Shown: positions 1 through 12,837, numbered from the stretch's first letter. The stretch: 64,000 nucleotides of DNA from Octopus vulgaris (GCA_951406725.2 OX597823.1:49228001-49292000); one strand, 5' to 3'. Notes: a model not told the origin generated them from the sequence alone. Numbers and translations: made by a program.

Positions 1-256
1 AATATATTCAATGGAGATCAGATTTACTTTGGCTTCTACCAAACCATTCTTTTATTCTTTCACTGGTTTCATTCATTGAACTGTGGCCATACTAGAGCAG
101 TGCCTTTGAGAGCTTTAGTCAATTATATTAACCTCAGTACTTTGCCTGCTAGTTATCTTATTTTATCAAACTTGGAAGGCAGAAAGATGAAGTGAATCTG
201 GAAGGAATCTAAATTTGGAATCTAACATAATGTAACTAAATATCAGAAGAGTCTTT

Positions 257-676
257 TATATTTTAGTTGTGTCAGTCATTAGACTGTGACCATGATGGAG
301 CACTTCTTTGAAGGGTTCAGTTAAAAAAAAAATTAACCTCAGTATTTATTTTTAAGTCTGGGGCTTATTCCATTGGTCTCTGCTAAACTGCAAAATTACA
401 GGGTGGGGGACACCAAATGCAGACACAATCACACACACATACATACATATGCACATGCACATGCACACACACACACATACACACGCACATACACACACAC
501 ATACACACTTGCAACAGGCTTGCCACACAGCCTCCATCAACCAAGTTCACCCACAAGGCATTGCTTAATCAATGGCTATGGTGGAAGATGCTTGCCCAAG
601 GTAGGGGTTGAACCTGAAACCCTTGTGGCTGTAAAGTGAAATTTCTTAACCACACAGCTATGCCTGCACCTATAGG
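257..676 (-). mobile_element. tRNA-derived SINE, family A
   Basis: Reverse complement has head TGGCTGTGTGGTTAAG / GGTTCAACCCC (A/B-box-like), a central (CA)n/(TA)n tract and a tail ...CAGCATGGCC...TGACTGAAAC, all shared with about 12 other copies in the window. Confidence 0.8.
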
Positions 677-1099
677 CTATAGACTTTCTTTCAAGAATTC
701 TAAATTATTCAATTCTCAAATTATGATAACAATAATTATTTCTTTGGCTTAATTATCAGATCATAGGACAAAATGCCTCGCAGTATTTGTTTTGATTCTC
801 TGCATTCTAGGTTCAAATTCTGTGGAGGCCAACTTTGTTTTCCCTCTTTCAGAGATCAATAAAATGATGGCAGTCAATAAGTAGATGCTTCATGGTGTTT
901 GTTTTAGCTCTTTGTGTGCCAAGTTGCTCAGTGGTATTTTTAATTCATTGACTGGTTTAGCACCACCACCTGGTCTTTTAGCAGAGTTCACTCTATTGTC
1001 AGGTCATTAGATTTTAGATATCATCCTTCCTCTTCCTCTCACCAATTTCAGCAGTTCTGGGAAACAAAAAATTTATGGCTAAGCAGTTGAAAATCACAG

Positions 1100-1345
1100 T
1101 ATCATGGTATTGACCAGACTATCAGATGTTGTTATGCATCACTGGTCACAATGTGCTTTACATTATTCTCTCTGATTGAAAGGCTAGTCTGTAGCAGAGT
1201 AACCCATTTACTGCTGAGTGGACTGGAGCAATGAGAAATGAAGTGTTTTGCTCAGGAATACAATGTACTGCCTGGGCTGGAAATTGAACTCATGATTTAG
1301 TGATCATGAGTGCAACATCCTAACCACTAGGCTACGAATCTTCAC
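1100..1345 (-). mobile_element. SINE with family D head and a tail shared with the family E copy at 18594
   Basis: GAGTGGACTGGAGCAA...AAGTGTTTTGCTCAGG...CCTAACCACTAGGC matches the D head; GACCAGACTATCAGATGTTGTTA...CTGGTCACAATG matches 18612-18655. Confidence 0.65.
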
Positions 1346-1500
1346 AAGCATTTAAGGATAAAGTGAAAAATTATCTGGCAGCTTTCATTGGAAAGATGTT
1401 TGAATTTTAGGTCATATCACCTGATACTGACCCAGAGAAAAGGAAAAGAAAACTTGATCCTAAAGGGATTTGGAATCAGAATGTAAAATAACATAATTGA

Positions 1501-2210
1501 ATCATCATCATCATTTAACGTCTGTTGTCCATGCTGGCATGGGTTGGATGGTTTGACCAGCGCTGGCAAAATGGGGAGCTGCACCGGACTCTAGACTGAT
1601 TTGACATTGTTTTTATGTTTGGATGTCCTTCCTAACACCAACCACGTTACAGAGTGTGCTGGGTGCTTTTACATGGCACTACAAGAATACTTTCACATGG
1701 CCACCACATGGATGCTGTTATGTGGTGTTGTGTGGGCACTTTTATGCGGCGCTGCATGGGCACTTTTACATGGCACTACCATGAGTACTTTTCGCCACTA
1801 GAGGAGTGTGAGTCTTCTTGAGTACAGCAAGGCACCAGAATTTCAGTGCTTTGTCATTTCCCCTGAAAGGTTCAGCATCTGAGATTGTTCTTCTGTACTT
1901 CATCATATGTCTTCCTGGGTCTCCCACTTCCACATGTTCCAGCTACTTTGAGAGATTGGCACTTCTTTATGGAACTGTTGTCAGCCATCCACATCACCTA
2001 ACCAAACTGGCACAATTTTCTCTCTTGCACACAGCAACTAATTCCCTTTATACCTAACTTCTCTCTCAAAGCACTAGCATTCTATCGAACATGTACTCTT
2101 ATATAACACATTCAATGGAGAATACTAGCTTTATGCCTTTCTAACCATTACATGTCCTCTGCACATCTCACTACCATGTAGAATTGCTGTCTGTATACAT
2201 GCAATAGATA
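1501..2210 (-). mobile_element. 3' end of RTE-clade LINE (decayed ORF C-terminus, 3' UTR = family C, (TGA)n tail)
   Basis: Minus-strand translation gives ACIQTAILHGSE..., LREKLGIKGISCCVQERKL..FG*VMWM and GSGRPRKTYDE, which are RTE C-terminal motifs; these lead into the family C sequence ending ...GACGTTAAATGATGATGATG. Confidence 0.8.
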
Positions 2211-2319
2211 TCATAAAATATTCTGTCCAGCATTTTGTTGATTCTGCCATCCACTGTCGGTACTTACATTAACATAAAATAACTTCTGGCTTTGACACAC
2301 AAGACTTTACATTTGTAAG

Positions 2320-2472
2320 AAATGGCATTAGGAAGGGTTCAAGTCATAGAAACCATGCCAAAGTAGACATTGGAGCTTTGCACAGTCTTCTGGCTTGCTA
2401 GCTCCTGTTGAACCCATCCAGCTCATGCCAGCATGAAAAACATATGCTAAATGATGATGACGATGACGATGG
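2320..2472 (+). mobile_element. family C (RTE 3' end) fragment
   Basis: TGGCATTAGGAAGGG...CATGCCAGCATGAAAA...TAAATGATGATGACGATG. Confidence 0.7.
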
Positions 2473-2508
2473 ATATAATTTACCAAACTAATTTCATCAT
2501 ATCACTGA

Positions 2509-2960
2509 TAGGTGGTAGAATCATTAGCACCTTGGAAAAAATATTTAGTGGTATTTTGTCCATCATTATCTTCTGAGTTCAAATTCCATTGAAGTTGGCT
2601 TTGCCTTTCATCCATTAGGAGTCGATAAAATAACTACTCGTCAAATAATCCTTTCTACTATAGGCACAAGGCCTGAAATTGGGGAGAGGGGAATAGTCAA
2701 TTACATCAACCCCAGTACTCAACTGGTACTTGATTTATTGACCCCAAAAGTATGAAAGACAAAGTTGACATCAGTGGAATTTGAACTCAGAACGTAGCGG
2801 TAGATGAAATACTGCTAAGCATTTTGCCTGGCATGCTGACAATTCTGCTAACTCACACTGCCTTGTACTAGTCAAATAATGGAGTCAGGTCAATGTAATC
2901 AACTTCCCTGGCTCCCCCACAAAAACTGCAGCACTCTGGTAAAAATTTAAAATCATTAAA
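2509..2960 (+). mobile_element. SINE family B host copy, interrupted by an antisense family B copy
   Basis: TTCTGAGTTCAAATTCC...GCCTTTCATCC...GTCGATAAAA before the insert; GATGTAATCAACTTCCC-type tail after it. Confidence 0.7.
2650..2865 (-). mobile_element. SINE family B, nested, with TSD
   Basis: Flanked by TACTCGTCAAATAAT (2635-2649) and TACTAGTCAAATAAT (2866-2880). Confidence 0.8.
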
Positions 2961-3944
2961 TCAGTGAAACATGTGTTTTATTGCTCTTGGAGAAATGAAA
3001 GATAAAACAGGAATCAGTCAGTTTTGAACTCAGAATATAACAGAATTAGACTAATATTGGTAGTCATGTAGTTCTGCATGCTTCCATTTCTTTCACTCCA
3101 TACCACCATCCTAATCTTAATATGACCAATAACAGGAAATAGCAGTAAAATAAATTATAAAGTGGGAAGAAATCACACTTTTCCTGGTTTCTTTTGTGCT
3201 TCAATTCCCTGTTTATTTTTTTAATTCTTAGATTTTTTAAATTTTATTTAGTTTTTTGTGACTGCAGGATATTTTTCAATGGATCAGCACCATGTTTAAG
3301 TGTTTCACATTTGTATGTTTTCTGCCTCTATTGTATTAACCGCATTTAATCTTTCCCAGCGCCAAACACTGATTAGCTTTGATGTTATAAATTGCTTACT
3401 AATTTTAGTGAATTTCTTCTTCTTACAACTTGGTTACAGATATTTCTCTTCTTTCTTGCTTAATTAAAAATCAAAGCAAAAAGCATCTTTGAGTCACAGA
3501 GATGAAAAGAGGGACTAAAAATCAAAGGGAAATAATCGGATGACGTATTTACTTCCACTGATTGCATTAAGACAAGACAGCTATTTATATAAAACCTTTA
3601 GGTTTCTATATAAAGAAAACATGAAAATATAGCTTCATTAGCTATATTTTATTATTGATATACAATCATAGACATAGATTTGCTACAGTTGTTAGTTTCT
3701 TAATACATTGTATTATCATACTACAATGATATTCATATTAATTCCTTTAATGATAAATATTGATGACAGAATGAAATCCATGAATAAATATTTTATTTGG
3801 ACCATCAGTGTGTCATAGTAGATGACAAAAGTCCAGACTACTGGAAACTATTATGGAATCTTATTCACAAGTATTTTGCTGGAGAAGCGAAATATGAAAT
3901 AAAGGAAATGAAGATATCATCATCATCACCATCATCTCATCACC

Positions 3945-4415
3945 ACCTCCACCAGAAATATAGCATCAGTGGTGCTTTTCCCTGGCACAAACCCAAACCT
4001 CATCTTGTCTAAACTAACTCTCTCCTTAATTAGTTGGGCTATGACCCTATGCATGACTTTCATTACCTGACCCAACAACTTGATACCTCTTTAATTATTC
4101 GTATCTAATGCATCACCTTTAGCTTTGTAGCTGTAAACTATGGTGCTGCTACACCAGTTATTGGGTATGACTCCTTCATGCATCACCTGATTGACTATAC
4201 AGGTGACTAGACTTTAGCCGACACCACCAGATATTTTAAGTATCTCTGCAGTGATTCCTGATTGGCCAGGAGCTTTCCTTGTCTTCATACCCTTAATTGC
4301 TTTATCTACCAAGGTACTGTCAATTCAGATAGCTGATCCCTCTGTTAGGTCACCATTTGGCAGACTCTCTTTCTCCCATTCATTCTCTTCATTTAGCAAC
4401 CTTACAGTCCATATA
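3945..4415 (-). pseudogene. RTE-clade LINE reverse transcriptase N-terminal fragment (decayed)
   Basis: Minus frame reads RLLNEENEWEKESLP...LVDKAIKGMKTRKAPGQSGITAEILK...IPNNWCSSTIVYSYKAKGDALDTNN*RGIKLL...RFGFVPGKSTTDAIFLV, i.e. non-LTR RT motifs 0-2 with stops. Confidence 0.88.
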
Positions 4416-5239
4416 GTAATCAAACACAAGGAAGACTAATGCAGAGTGCCCATGCAGTTGAAATCCAGAAGATCCAATCAATGAAATTATTTCATATCAG
4501 GAGATATGGGATGTGAATATATATTCATTTAACCACGTGACATCCTTAGGATTACGACCATGTTGCAACCTTTTCCATGTAGCATTAATTTCAATGCTTA
4601 CATGCTGGCATTAGTATGAATGTTTTGCATTATACAATACAATTCATTGCTATTGTGCAAAAATGTCATAAGTCCAAAACGTTGCTTTTTCAGAAAATGA
4701 AAATATAGTTTCACCATTCTATAGCAAAACTGTTGTACTACACTTTGATAATTTTTGAAAGCTTGGCATCTGAAACAGCTGAAGATATGATAATTTGACC
4801 AAAAGAACAGTTTATTGCAAGCAAAATAAATATTGAAAAAAATGCATTTGGCCAAATTTGGACATAGAACAAGTTAAACATAATAGCAACGAATTGTATA
4901 TTCACAAATACCCTAACCACTTAGCCTCATAACTTCACTCTGCTTCTTAAAGGTGACATTTTTAATGCATATCTTGAGAATCTCTTAAGATCTTTTAGAT
5001 AGACATAACTTTCATATTTTAATTTATTTCTACCAGTAGATGTCGCTTGCATGCATGTGGATGTTAAGCATATTGCTGCATTAAAATTTCAAATTTTGTG
5101 CACTTTATATGTATTGACATTTGCATTATGATAATCTTTTACTTGCATGTAACACCTGAAAATAATTTTCTAGTTGAACACGCTATACGAGATGGCAATT
5201 ATTCATATCTTTTTGTTACTCCTTCTCCTCCTTCTCCAT

Positions 5240-5553
5240 TGGTGATGATGAGGAGGAGGATTCCAGTTGATTTGATCAACAGATCAGCCTGCTCGTGAAA
5301 TTAACATGCAAGTGACTGAGCACTCCACAGATACATGTACCCTTAATATAGTTCTGAGGGAGATTCAGAATGACACAGAATGTGATAAAGCTAACCCTTT
5401 GAATTACACGTACAACTCATTTTTGTCAGCTGAGTGAACTGGAGCAATTTGAAATAAAGTGTCTTGCTCATGGACCCAATGTGCTGCCAGGAATTGAACT
5501 CATGACCTTATGACCATGAACCAAACACCTTACCCACTAAGTTACACACCTAT
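5240..5553 (-). mobile_element. tRNA-derived SINE, family D
   Basis: TTCCAGTTGAT..GCCTGCTCGTGAAATTAAC..GAGCACTCCACAGA..GTGTCTTGCTCA..GAATTGAACTCATGACC; matches the 12051, 21365 and 31159 copies. Confidence 0.8.
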
Positions 5554-6123
5554 ACTCTTTTTGCTAATAATGTATTTGCGTGCAAATGATTTCCTTGAGA
5601 TATAACTGAGGATGTTTAAATGGCCATGCTCATATTTATATCCATCTCATAAGCAAAGTAAAAACTACTAATAGGTTGCTGTTGTCTGCTTGGTATATGA
5701 TCCTCCATGCAAAACCCAACTCCATGTCAAAATCAATGAACTTTCAAAGAATATTGAAGTTAGCCACTCCTTCAAAAGGCTTTGCTGATGAAGGAGGGCA
5801 AGATGTTGGTCACTTCTTTCATCAATTAAACAGATAATAATCTTAACACTTATTCCAATAAACTTTTTACAACTGCCTGAAGTTTCTTTACACATTTTTA
5901 GAAGAACTTAAGTTTTGTTTCTCAAGTTTATTATGCTTTCATAAGCTAAATCAAGTTTTTTACCATATGGCTGTCAAACTTAATTGTTAGTTCTTCTGTT
6001 GAATCCACTTGAAGTTTACTCTCTTGTTTTTGTGCACAATTCTTATTCAGTAAACTTGGGAATATGAGAGAAAGGGATCACACTGTCTAAACCAAATTAT
6101 TATATAGATACATATGTATATTA

Positions 6124-6527
6124 TAGGCACAGCCGTGGTTGTGTGGTAGGAAGTTTGCTTCTCAACCACATTGTTCTGGATTCAGTATCACTGCATGGCA
6201 CTTTGGGCAAGTGTCTTCTACTAAACCCTCGGGCCAACCAAAGCTTTGTGAGTGGATTTGGTAGACAAAAACTGAAAGAAGCCTGTTGTGTGTGTATGTG
6301 TGTGTATCTGTCTGTGTTTGTCTACCCACTACCACTTGACAACTGATATTGGCATGTTTTTGACCCCTTAACTTAGCAGTTACGTAAAAAAAAAAATGCC
6401 AATAGAATAAGTACCAGGCTGAAAAAGGTAAGTACTGGATTTGATTTGTACAACTATAAATTCTTCCAAGAAGCGCCCCAGCATGGCCGCAGTCTAATGA
6501 CTGAAACAAATAAAGGAATAAAAGAAT
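6124..6527 (+). mobile_element. SINE family A
   Basis: Full head-to-tail match to family A, ending GACTGAAACAAATAAAGGAATAAAAG. Confidence 0.85.
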
Positions 6528-7116
6528 ATCATGTATAGTTATTAAAAATATATATCTGTATCATTTATATGGAGACATGTTGTGTTTAAGTGTGATTACT
6601 GTTCTTGCTTATATACAACAGTTTGCTGGGGGCATCTAATATATGCAAAGATATTACAATTTGATTGTGAAGAAAAATTCCATTATCCTTATAGTTGAGG
6701 GAAACTTTGATATCAACTTAGAAGGGATAAATATTTTCAGATTATCTTGCTATAAGCTGATTTAAAGTCGATTTTAATCTTATCTTTATATTTGAGTGGT
6801 TTGTCATTTAAACACATTCCAATGAAACAGCAATGAAAGGTTTCTGTAGAAGGTATGTGATAAGTGGAGCTATTTATCATGTAGAGTTGAGATCGATATA
6901 GCTATTCATATTTATCTGAGAAATATTCTTTTATCATTTTGTAAGGAAAATATCATCAAGTAACTGATAATGGATTTCACAATGAACTTATCATTAATTG
7001 AGAGACATTTAATACAAACATTTAGTTTGAGTTGATAGATAAATACTTATGCTAAAATATTGTTATGTCAACATTCATACAAAGTATTTTGAGGACAATA
7101 CAAATACATGCACATA

Positions 7117-7519
7117 AGTGCAGGCATGGCTGTGTGTTAAGAAGTTTGCTTCCCAACCATATGGCTCCAGGTTCAGTCCTACTGCCTGGCACCTTGGGAA
7201 AGTGTCTTTTGCTATAGTCACAGGCTGACCAAGGTCTTGTGAGTGGATTTGGTAGAGGGAAACTGAAAGAAGTTCATTGTATATACATGTGTGTGTGTGT
7301 ATGTGTGTATGTTTGCCCACCCATCAGCACTTGAGAATCAGCATTGGTGTGTTTATGTCCCCATAACTTAGTGGTTTGGTAAAAAGAGAGCAATAGAATA
7401 ATCACCAGGCTTTACAAAAAAAGTCCTTGAGTCAATTTATTTGACTAAAATTCTTCAAGGCAGTACCCCAGCATGGCTACAATCTAATGATAGAAACATG
7501 TAAAAAAATAAAAGATAAA

Positions 7520-7520
<1 letters not shown>
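7117..7520 (+). mobile_element. SINE family A followed by (TG)n
   Basis: GCAGGCATGGCTGTGTG...GGTTCAGTCCTACTGC...CCCCAGCATGGC...AAAAGATAAAA. Confidence 0.85.
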
Positions 7521-7574
<54 letters not shown>

Positions 7575-8885
7575 TTGAAAACCTGTCCAAGTTACACTTT
7601 CAAGTTGTATTTTATTTTTAATGAATGAACTGTCATATTTTCATATAAGTCCTCTTTGTTTCATTCAGAATGATAAAATTTCAAGTTCCTTGGACATTTT
7701 TCTAGAACATTCAGATCTTTTCTCCTAGATAAAAGGCATTTAGAAGTAGTTTTTAGCACTATTTATTTATAGTAAGTGATAATCATAGGAATGCTGTTTT
7801 GTTTGAGTTTGATTCCTTATCACAGGCCTTTAAATTCCTACAACTGAAACAACATTAACTACCAGGATCTCAAAAGAAGACTAAAACCTTGAATGTTGTT
7901 CAATCAGTGATTTTTTTTTTTTTTTTTGTAGTTTTGCTTTTACCTTAATAAAACTTAAACAAATAAGGCAATTCTCCAATTAAAAGTTAAAGCATCATGA
8001 AAAAAATAACCTAAAATGCTTTCCACATTTTTTAGAAGGCATCCTACATCCTAAACTGAAAACTGGTGTATAGTTCTTTTTCCAATCATGAACAAACTCT
8101 ACCTTTATAAAATACACAAGTTTAAATCAAATATTAATCAAATTGCTTATAGAACAATGAATACCTAGAAAGAAGCATATAGACATACAGCCTTTATTCA
8201 AATACTTTTGTGAACATCAAAGCACAAGAGAAACAACTTTCTATACTAACAGAACCATCACATGCTTATCTAATAACACCAACCTTACAAATGAAAACAA
8301 GGAATACTCTAAATAACAATAAATAAAGAAATGACCAGCCAAAACTTACCACTACCTATATTCTTTTGTGGAAAAAATGTTGACACACCCAATTACTAAG
8401 GGTTTAAATACTGGGCTTTGTACCTTTGACATTTACATTGTCAAAGTAAAAGGATTAAACTCAATAATACCAAAAGCAACAAAAAATATTGTCATACCTT
8501 GTGCGTTCCTAACAAAAGAAAAATACCTACAGATTTGTTTTTAAAGTTGATTTTTCATAAGTACCTTATAATATGCTGCTGGGTGCAATTCAAGCTGTTT
8601 TTCTTTGGTATGAGCAAGGGAACTTTGCTTAATAGACACTCTGAAAACAAAAATCAAAATCTAATCAAAGAATTCTACAGAGATGATAGCCACAGGCAGG
8701 CATTCATAGAGGGAAGATTAATTTGTAATTTATTGACACCTTAATTCATTGACACCTTAATATTAGAGTCACTAGCAATATAAGCACAGATAAGCTTCCT
8801 AGACATAACACAACACCAAAAAAAGTGGTAATTATCAACCATATAGATAAAAGAATAGTAAGCTTATCTACATAAATAAAATCTA

Positions 8886-9200
8886 CAGTGGAACCTGTTT
8901 ACAAAAATCTCTCATCATGAATGAATTGGTTTGTGAAACATTTTTCTAACATAAAACATTTCAAGGGACAAAGAGTGTCTTGAGTAATAAACACACAAAA
9001 TGGCAATAACAGTTGGCAGCAATCTGGGAATGTCAGCTGCAGAGTATCAGCTGCTGTCTAGCTTTTGCTCGGTGTGCATCCCTGCTTGAATTTGCTGTGC
9101 CTTCTCTTGAATTCCTTGTAGGAAAAATAGTCTTGGTGTATGAAAGATAAATGTGATAAATGGCCTTTAGGAATGAATTCAGTTTGTAAAGATTCTACTG
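8886..9200. mobile_element. Tigger/pogo-like MITE
   Basis: TA|CAGTGGAACCTGTTTACAAA ... TTTGTAAAGATTCTACTG imperfect TIRs; interrupts the PLE ORF. Confidence 0.55.
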
Positions 9201-9636
9201 GATTTACCTGCCTCATATATATTAACATGTATACTCAACAGTGACTTAAGTAGAAGTATATCTCATATGTTCTTGCATAAATCTTCAACATAGTTACCAT
9301 CTGCTACAATAAGGTATTGATAAAAACAGATTTAAAGGAAAGTCTGCTTCCTACTTAAGAGTAGGCAGTAATGAAATATAATTCAGCCCTTCAGCAAAAA
9401 TTGAAATCAAATGTTGCGTGAAAATTTTTAAGATTAATTAAAAAACATTTCCCAGACAGTCAAAAGTACAATACATTGTCAGTGTCAGATACAGTTACAC
9501 AAGAGCTTGCTGCATCATAATATTGAATTAACTTTAGAAAACCAGTTAGATTTACATCCAGGAAATCAAATATAAATAAAGGCGAAATTATACTTGTCAC
9601 CTGAATTGAAAATTCTTAATAGAATCTTAATAAATA

Positions 9637-10351
9637 TAGGTGTAGGAGTGGCTGTGTGGTAAGTAGCTTGCTTATGAACCACATGGTTCTGGGTTTAGTC
9701 CCACTGCATGGCACCTTGGGCAAGTGTCTTCTACAATAGCCTTGGGCCGACCAAAGCCTTGTGAGTGGATTTGGTAGATGGAAGCTGAAAGAAGCGCATC
9801 GTATATATGTATATATATCATCATCATCATTTAGCGTCTGCTTTCCATGCTAGCATGGGTTGGACGGTTCAACTGGGTTCTGGGAAGCCAGAAGGCTGCA
9901 CCAGGCCCAGTCTGATCTGGCAATGTTTCTACGGCTGGATGCCCTTCCTAACGCCAAACCACTCCATGAGTGTAGTGGGTGCTTTTTACATGCCACCAGC
10001 ACCGGTGCTAGACGGGGCTGGCAAACGGCCACGGTCAGATGATGCTTTTTACGTGCCACCGGCACGGGGGCCCAGGCAAGGCTGGCAATGGCCACGATTG
10101 GATGGTGCTTTTTACGTGCCAACATGTGTGTGTATATGTTTGTGTGTCTGTATTTGTCCCCCCAACATTGCTTGACAACCAACAGTGGTATGTTTATGTC
10201 CCAGTAACTTAGTGGTTCAGCAAAAGAGAGATCGATAGAATAAGTACTAGGCTTACAAAGAATAAGTCCTAGGGTCGATTTGCTTGACTAAAAGGCGGTG
10301 CTCCGGCATGGCCACAGTCAGATGACTGAAACAGATAAAAGAGTAAATAGA
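9637..10351 (+). mobile_element. SINE family A with a nested family C insertion in its central microsatellite
   Basis: Near-consensus head (AGGAGTGGCTGTGTGGTAAG) and tail (GCATGGCCACAGTCAGATGACTGAAAC), split at about 9817-10122. Confidence 0.85.
9817..10122 (-). mobile_element. family C (RTE 3' end) with three ~62-bp internal repeats
   Basis: (CAT)n tail, CTGGATGCCCTTCCTAACGCC core, repeated TGCTTTTTAC(A/G)TGCCA at about 9980, 10042 and 10106. Confidence 0.82.
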
Positions 10352-10725
10352 GGTAATTATCTACAGATCAAAGATAAAATCATGGGTAAAGAGTTTGGAA
10401 ACACCACCTCCATAAAAAAATATTACGGTGAACACAACCTAAAGAACTTCTATTTTCAATCATAAACTCACCTACAGGATTGAAGGAAAGCGGGATACCA
10501 CATCTTTATCTAGATATGTATGGAATTAAAACAAAAAAAACTATGTATATGGTAGAGGAAGAGTGTTAAGTCTACCCTTAAGGTACACAAGAAGGTGGAT
10601 AAAGAGAGAATAGAAACAGAGAATGTATATAGTGTGTACATGCATATATGCTATCTCAGACAAGATTGAGTGGCCATAATATCATATATATATTACAAGT
10701 ATGTATTATATGGTACCATATATAT

Positions 10726-10959
10726 CTTATCTTTTTATGGCCTACAAGGGGCTAAACATAGAGGGAACAAACAAGGACAGACAAACGGATTAAGTTGATT
10801 ATATCGACCCCAGTGCATAACTGGTAATTTATTTATGGACCCCAAAAAGATGAAAGGCAAAGTCGACCTAGGCAGAATTTGAACTTAGAACATAACGGCA
10901 GACGAAATACTGCAGAGCATTTCGCCTGGTGCGCTAACGTTTCTGCCAGCTCACCACCT
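10726..10959 (-). mobile_element. SINE family B (tail type 1)
   Basis: GGGGCTAAACATAGAGGGAACAAACAAGGACAGAC...GAAAGGCAAAGTCGACC...CTGCCAGCTCACCACCTT. Confidence 0.85.
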
Positions 10960-11221
10960 TATATGTAGCTGTGTGTGTGTGAGAGAAAGAGAGAGAAGGG
11001 GGAAGAGGGAGAGAGAGGGAGAGAGAGAGAGAGAGGAGGAGGAGGAGGAAGATAAACACAAGTTTATATTATAGTTCCTAGGCACGTGCATATTATGTTT
11101 GTTTTGAGCCCTGCAATATGTGTTCCAAGTGCACATAGATGCTCATACTCAATGAATCATCAGGGAGCAGTTTATTGCATTAAGATATCTATCTATCTAT
11201 CTATCTATCAATCCATCTTGC

Positions 11222-11273
<52 letters not shown>

Positions 11274-11444
11274 CAGACAAGCAGATAGACAAATGAAATA
11301 GACAGACAAAATGCACAGACACACACACACACATACTGACACATACACATATGCGCAGACACATAAACACAGACTAATAGTACATTTTAACATACATAAA
11401 TCTTTTATGGTTACCCATCAACATAACTATACCTTTATCTTTCA

Positions 11445-11479
<35 letters not shown>

Positions 11480-11772
11480 ATTGCACTGATTATTTGTCTA
11501 TTATTTCTGTTTTATTACTGATCTAATTATACTGTATATTTTGCCATGCTACACACCCATGCAATCACACATACCTATGCATATTTATATATGTGCAGCT
11601 AACTGTTATCTAATAGACATAAATAATTTGCATAATTTCTCAAACCAGAAACATACTAACACACTCACAGACAGACATGTATTGAGAATCTTTTGTGCAT
11701 AGTCACTTGTATACATAACTTTCAGCAGACATAAGCACATACATATATCTCCATAAACACATCTGCACAATC

Positions 11773-11838
<66 letters not shown>

Positions 11839-11975
11839 ATACATACATATGCATGTGTGTATATATATATATATATATATGTATATATGTTTATATATGC
11901 ACACATATACATATATATATACACACACATATACATACATACATACATACATACATACATACATACATACATACA

Positions 11976-12025
<50 letters not shown>

Positions 12026-12050
12026 ACAGACACTAATATATATATATATA

Positions 12051-12366
12051 ACTGGCACTCGACCACTTGCAATGATAACTGCAAAACAGCCTTCTCATGT
12101 AATTAATATACAGGTGGCTGAGTACACCATAGACATACATGCCCTTAACCCCTTAATGTAGTTCTCAAGGAGATTCAGCATGACATGGTATATTACAAAG
12201 CTGGCCCCTTTGAAGTACAAGTACATTTGATTTTGGCCACTTGGGTGGACTAAAGCAATATAAAATAAAGTGTCTTGCTCAAGAACACACAATGTGCTGC
12301 CAGGAATTGAAACCCTGACCTTATGATCATGAGACATACCCTAACCACTAACCCACTCACCTTCAT
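12051..12366 (-). mobile_element. SINE family D
   Basis: Matches the 5240 and 21365 copies including CCTAACCACTAA...CCTTCA head end. Confidence 0.75.
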
Positions 12367-12367
12367 T

Positions 12368-12753
12368 ATCTTTTATCTTTTATGTGTTTCACTCAAAATG
12401 ATTGTGGCCATGCTGGGGCACCGCCTTAAAGGGATTTAGTCAAACAAATCTACCACAGGATTTTTTGTAAAAGCATATTACTTATTCTATTGGTCTCTGC
12501 CAAACTGCTAAGTTATGGAGAACATAAATACCCCAACACCGATTGTCAAGTGGTGGGTGAATTGGGGAGACGGACAAACACAAAGAGAATGACACTTTCA
12601 GCTTCCATCTACTAAATCCACTTACAAGGTTTTGGCTGGTCTGAGGCTGTAGCAGAAGACAGTTGCCCAAGATACCATGCATTAGGACTGAAATTGAAAA
12701 CCATGTGGTTGGGAAGCAAGCTTCTGACCACACAACCAACATGCCTGCGCCTA
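12368..12753 (-). mobile_element. SINE family A lacking the central microsatellite
   Basis: GGCCATGCTGGGGCACCGCC...CTTCCATCTACTAAATCCAC...CCACACAACCAACATGCCTGCGCC. Confidence 0.8.
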
Positions 12754-12837
12754 CAACACACACACACACACATAAACAAACACACACATATATATATATA
12801 TATATATACATATACAAACATATATACGTACATACAC

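Larger units (their letters stand above)
7800..10480 (+). mobile_element. Heavily decayed Penelope-like element (RT plus GIY-YIG), interrupted by a MITE and SINE A/C
   Basis: Colinear peptide remnants: EFYRDDS (8670-8690, cf. GLYRDDGL), NIRVTSNISTD.FLDIT, YQPYR*KNSKLIYINK, IFNIVTICYNKVL, NIIQPFSKN..SNVA*KFLRLIKKHFP..VRYSY (cf. IIWFNPPFSKNVKTNV...HFP...KISYSC). Boundaries approximate. Confidence 0.72.

Noticed and set aside
1501-4415. Treating the two colinear minus-strand RTE fragments as one element
   Set aside because: The intervening 1.7 kb shows no RTE sequence and the upstream fragment ends in its own (TGA)-like tract. A single origin cannot be shown.
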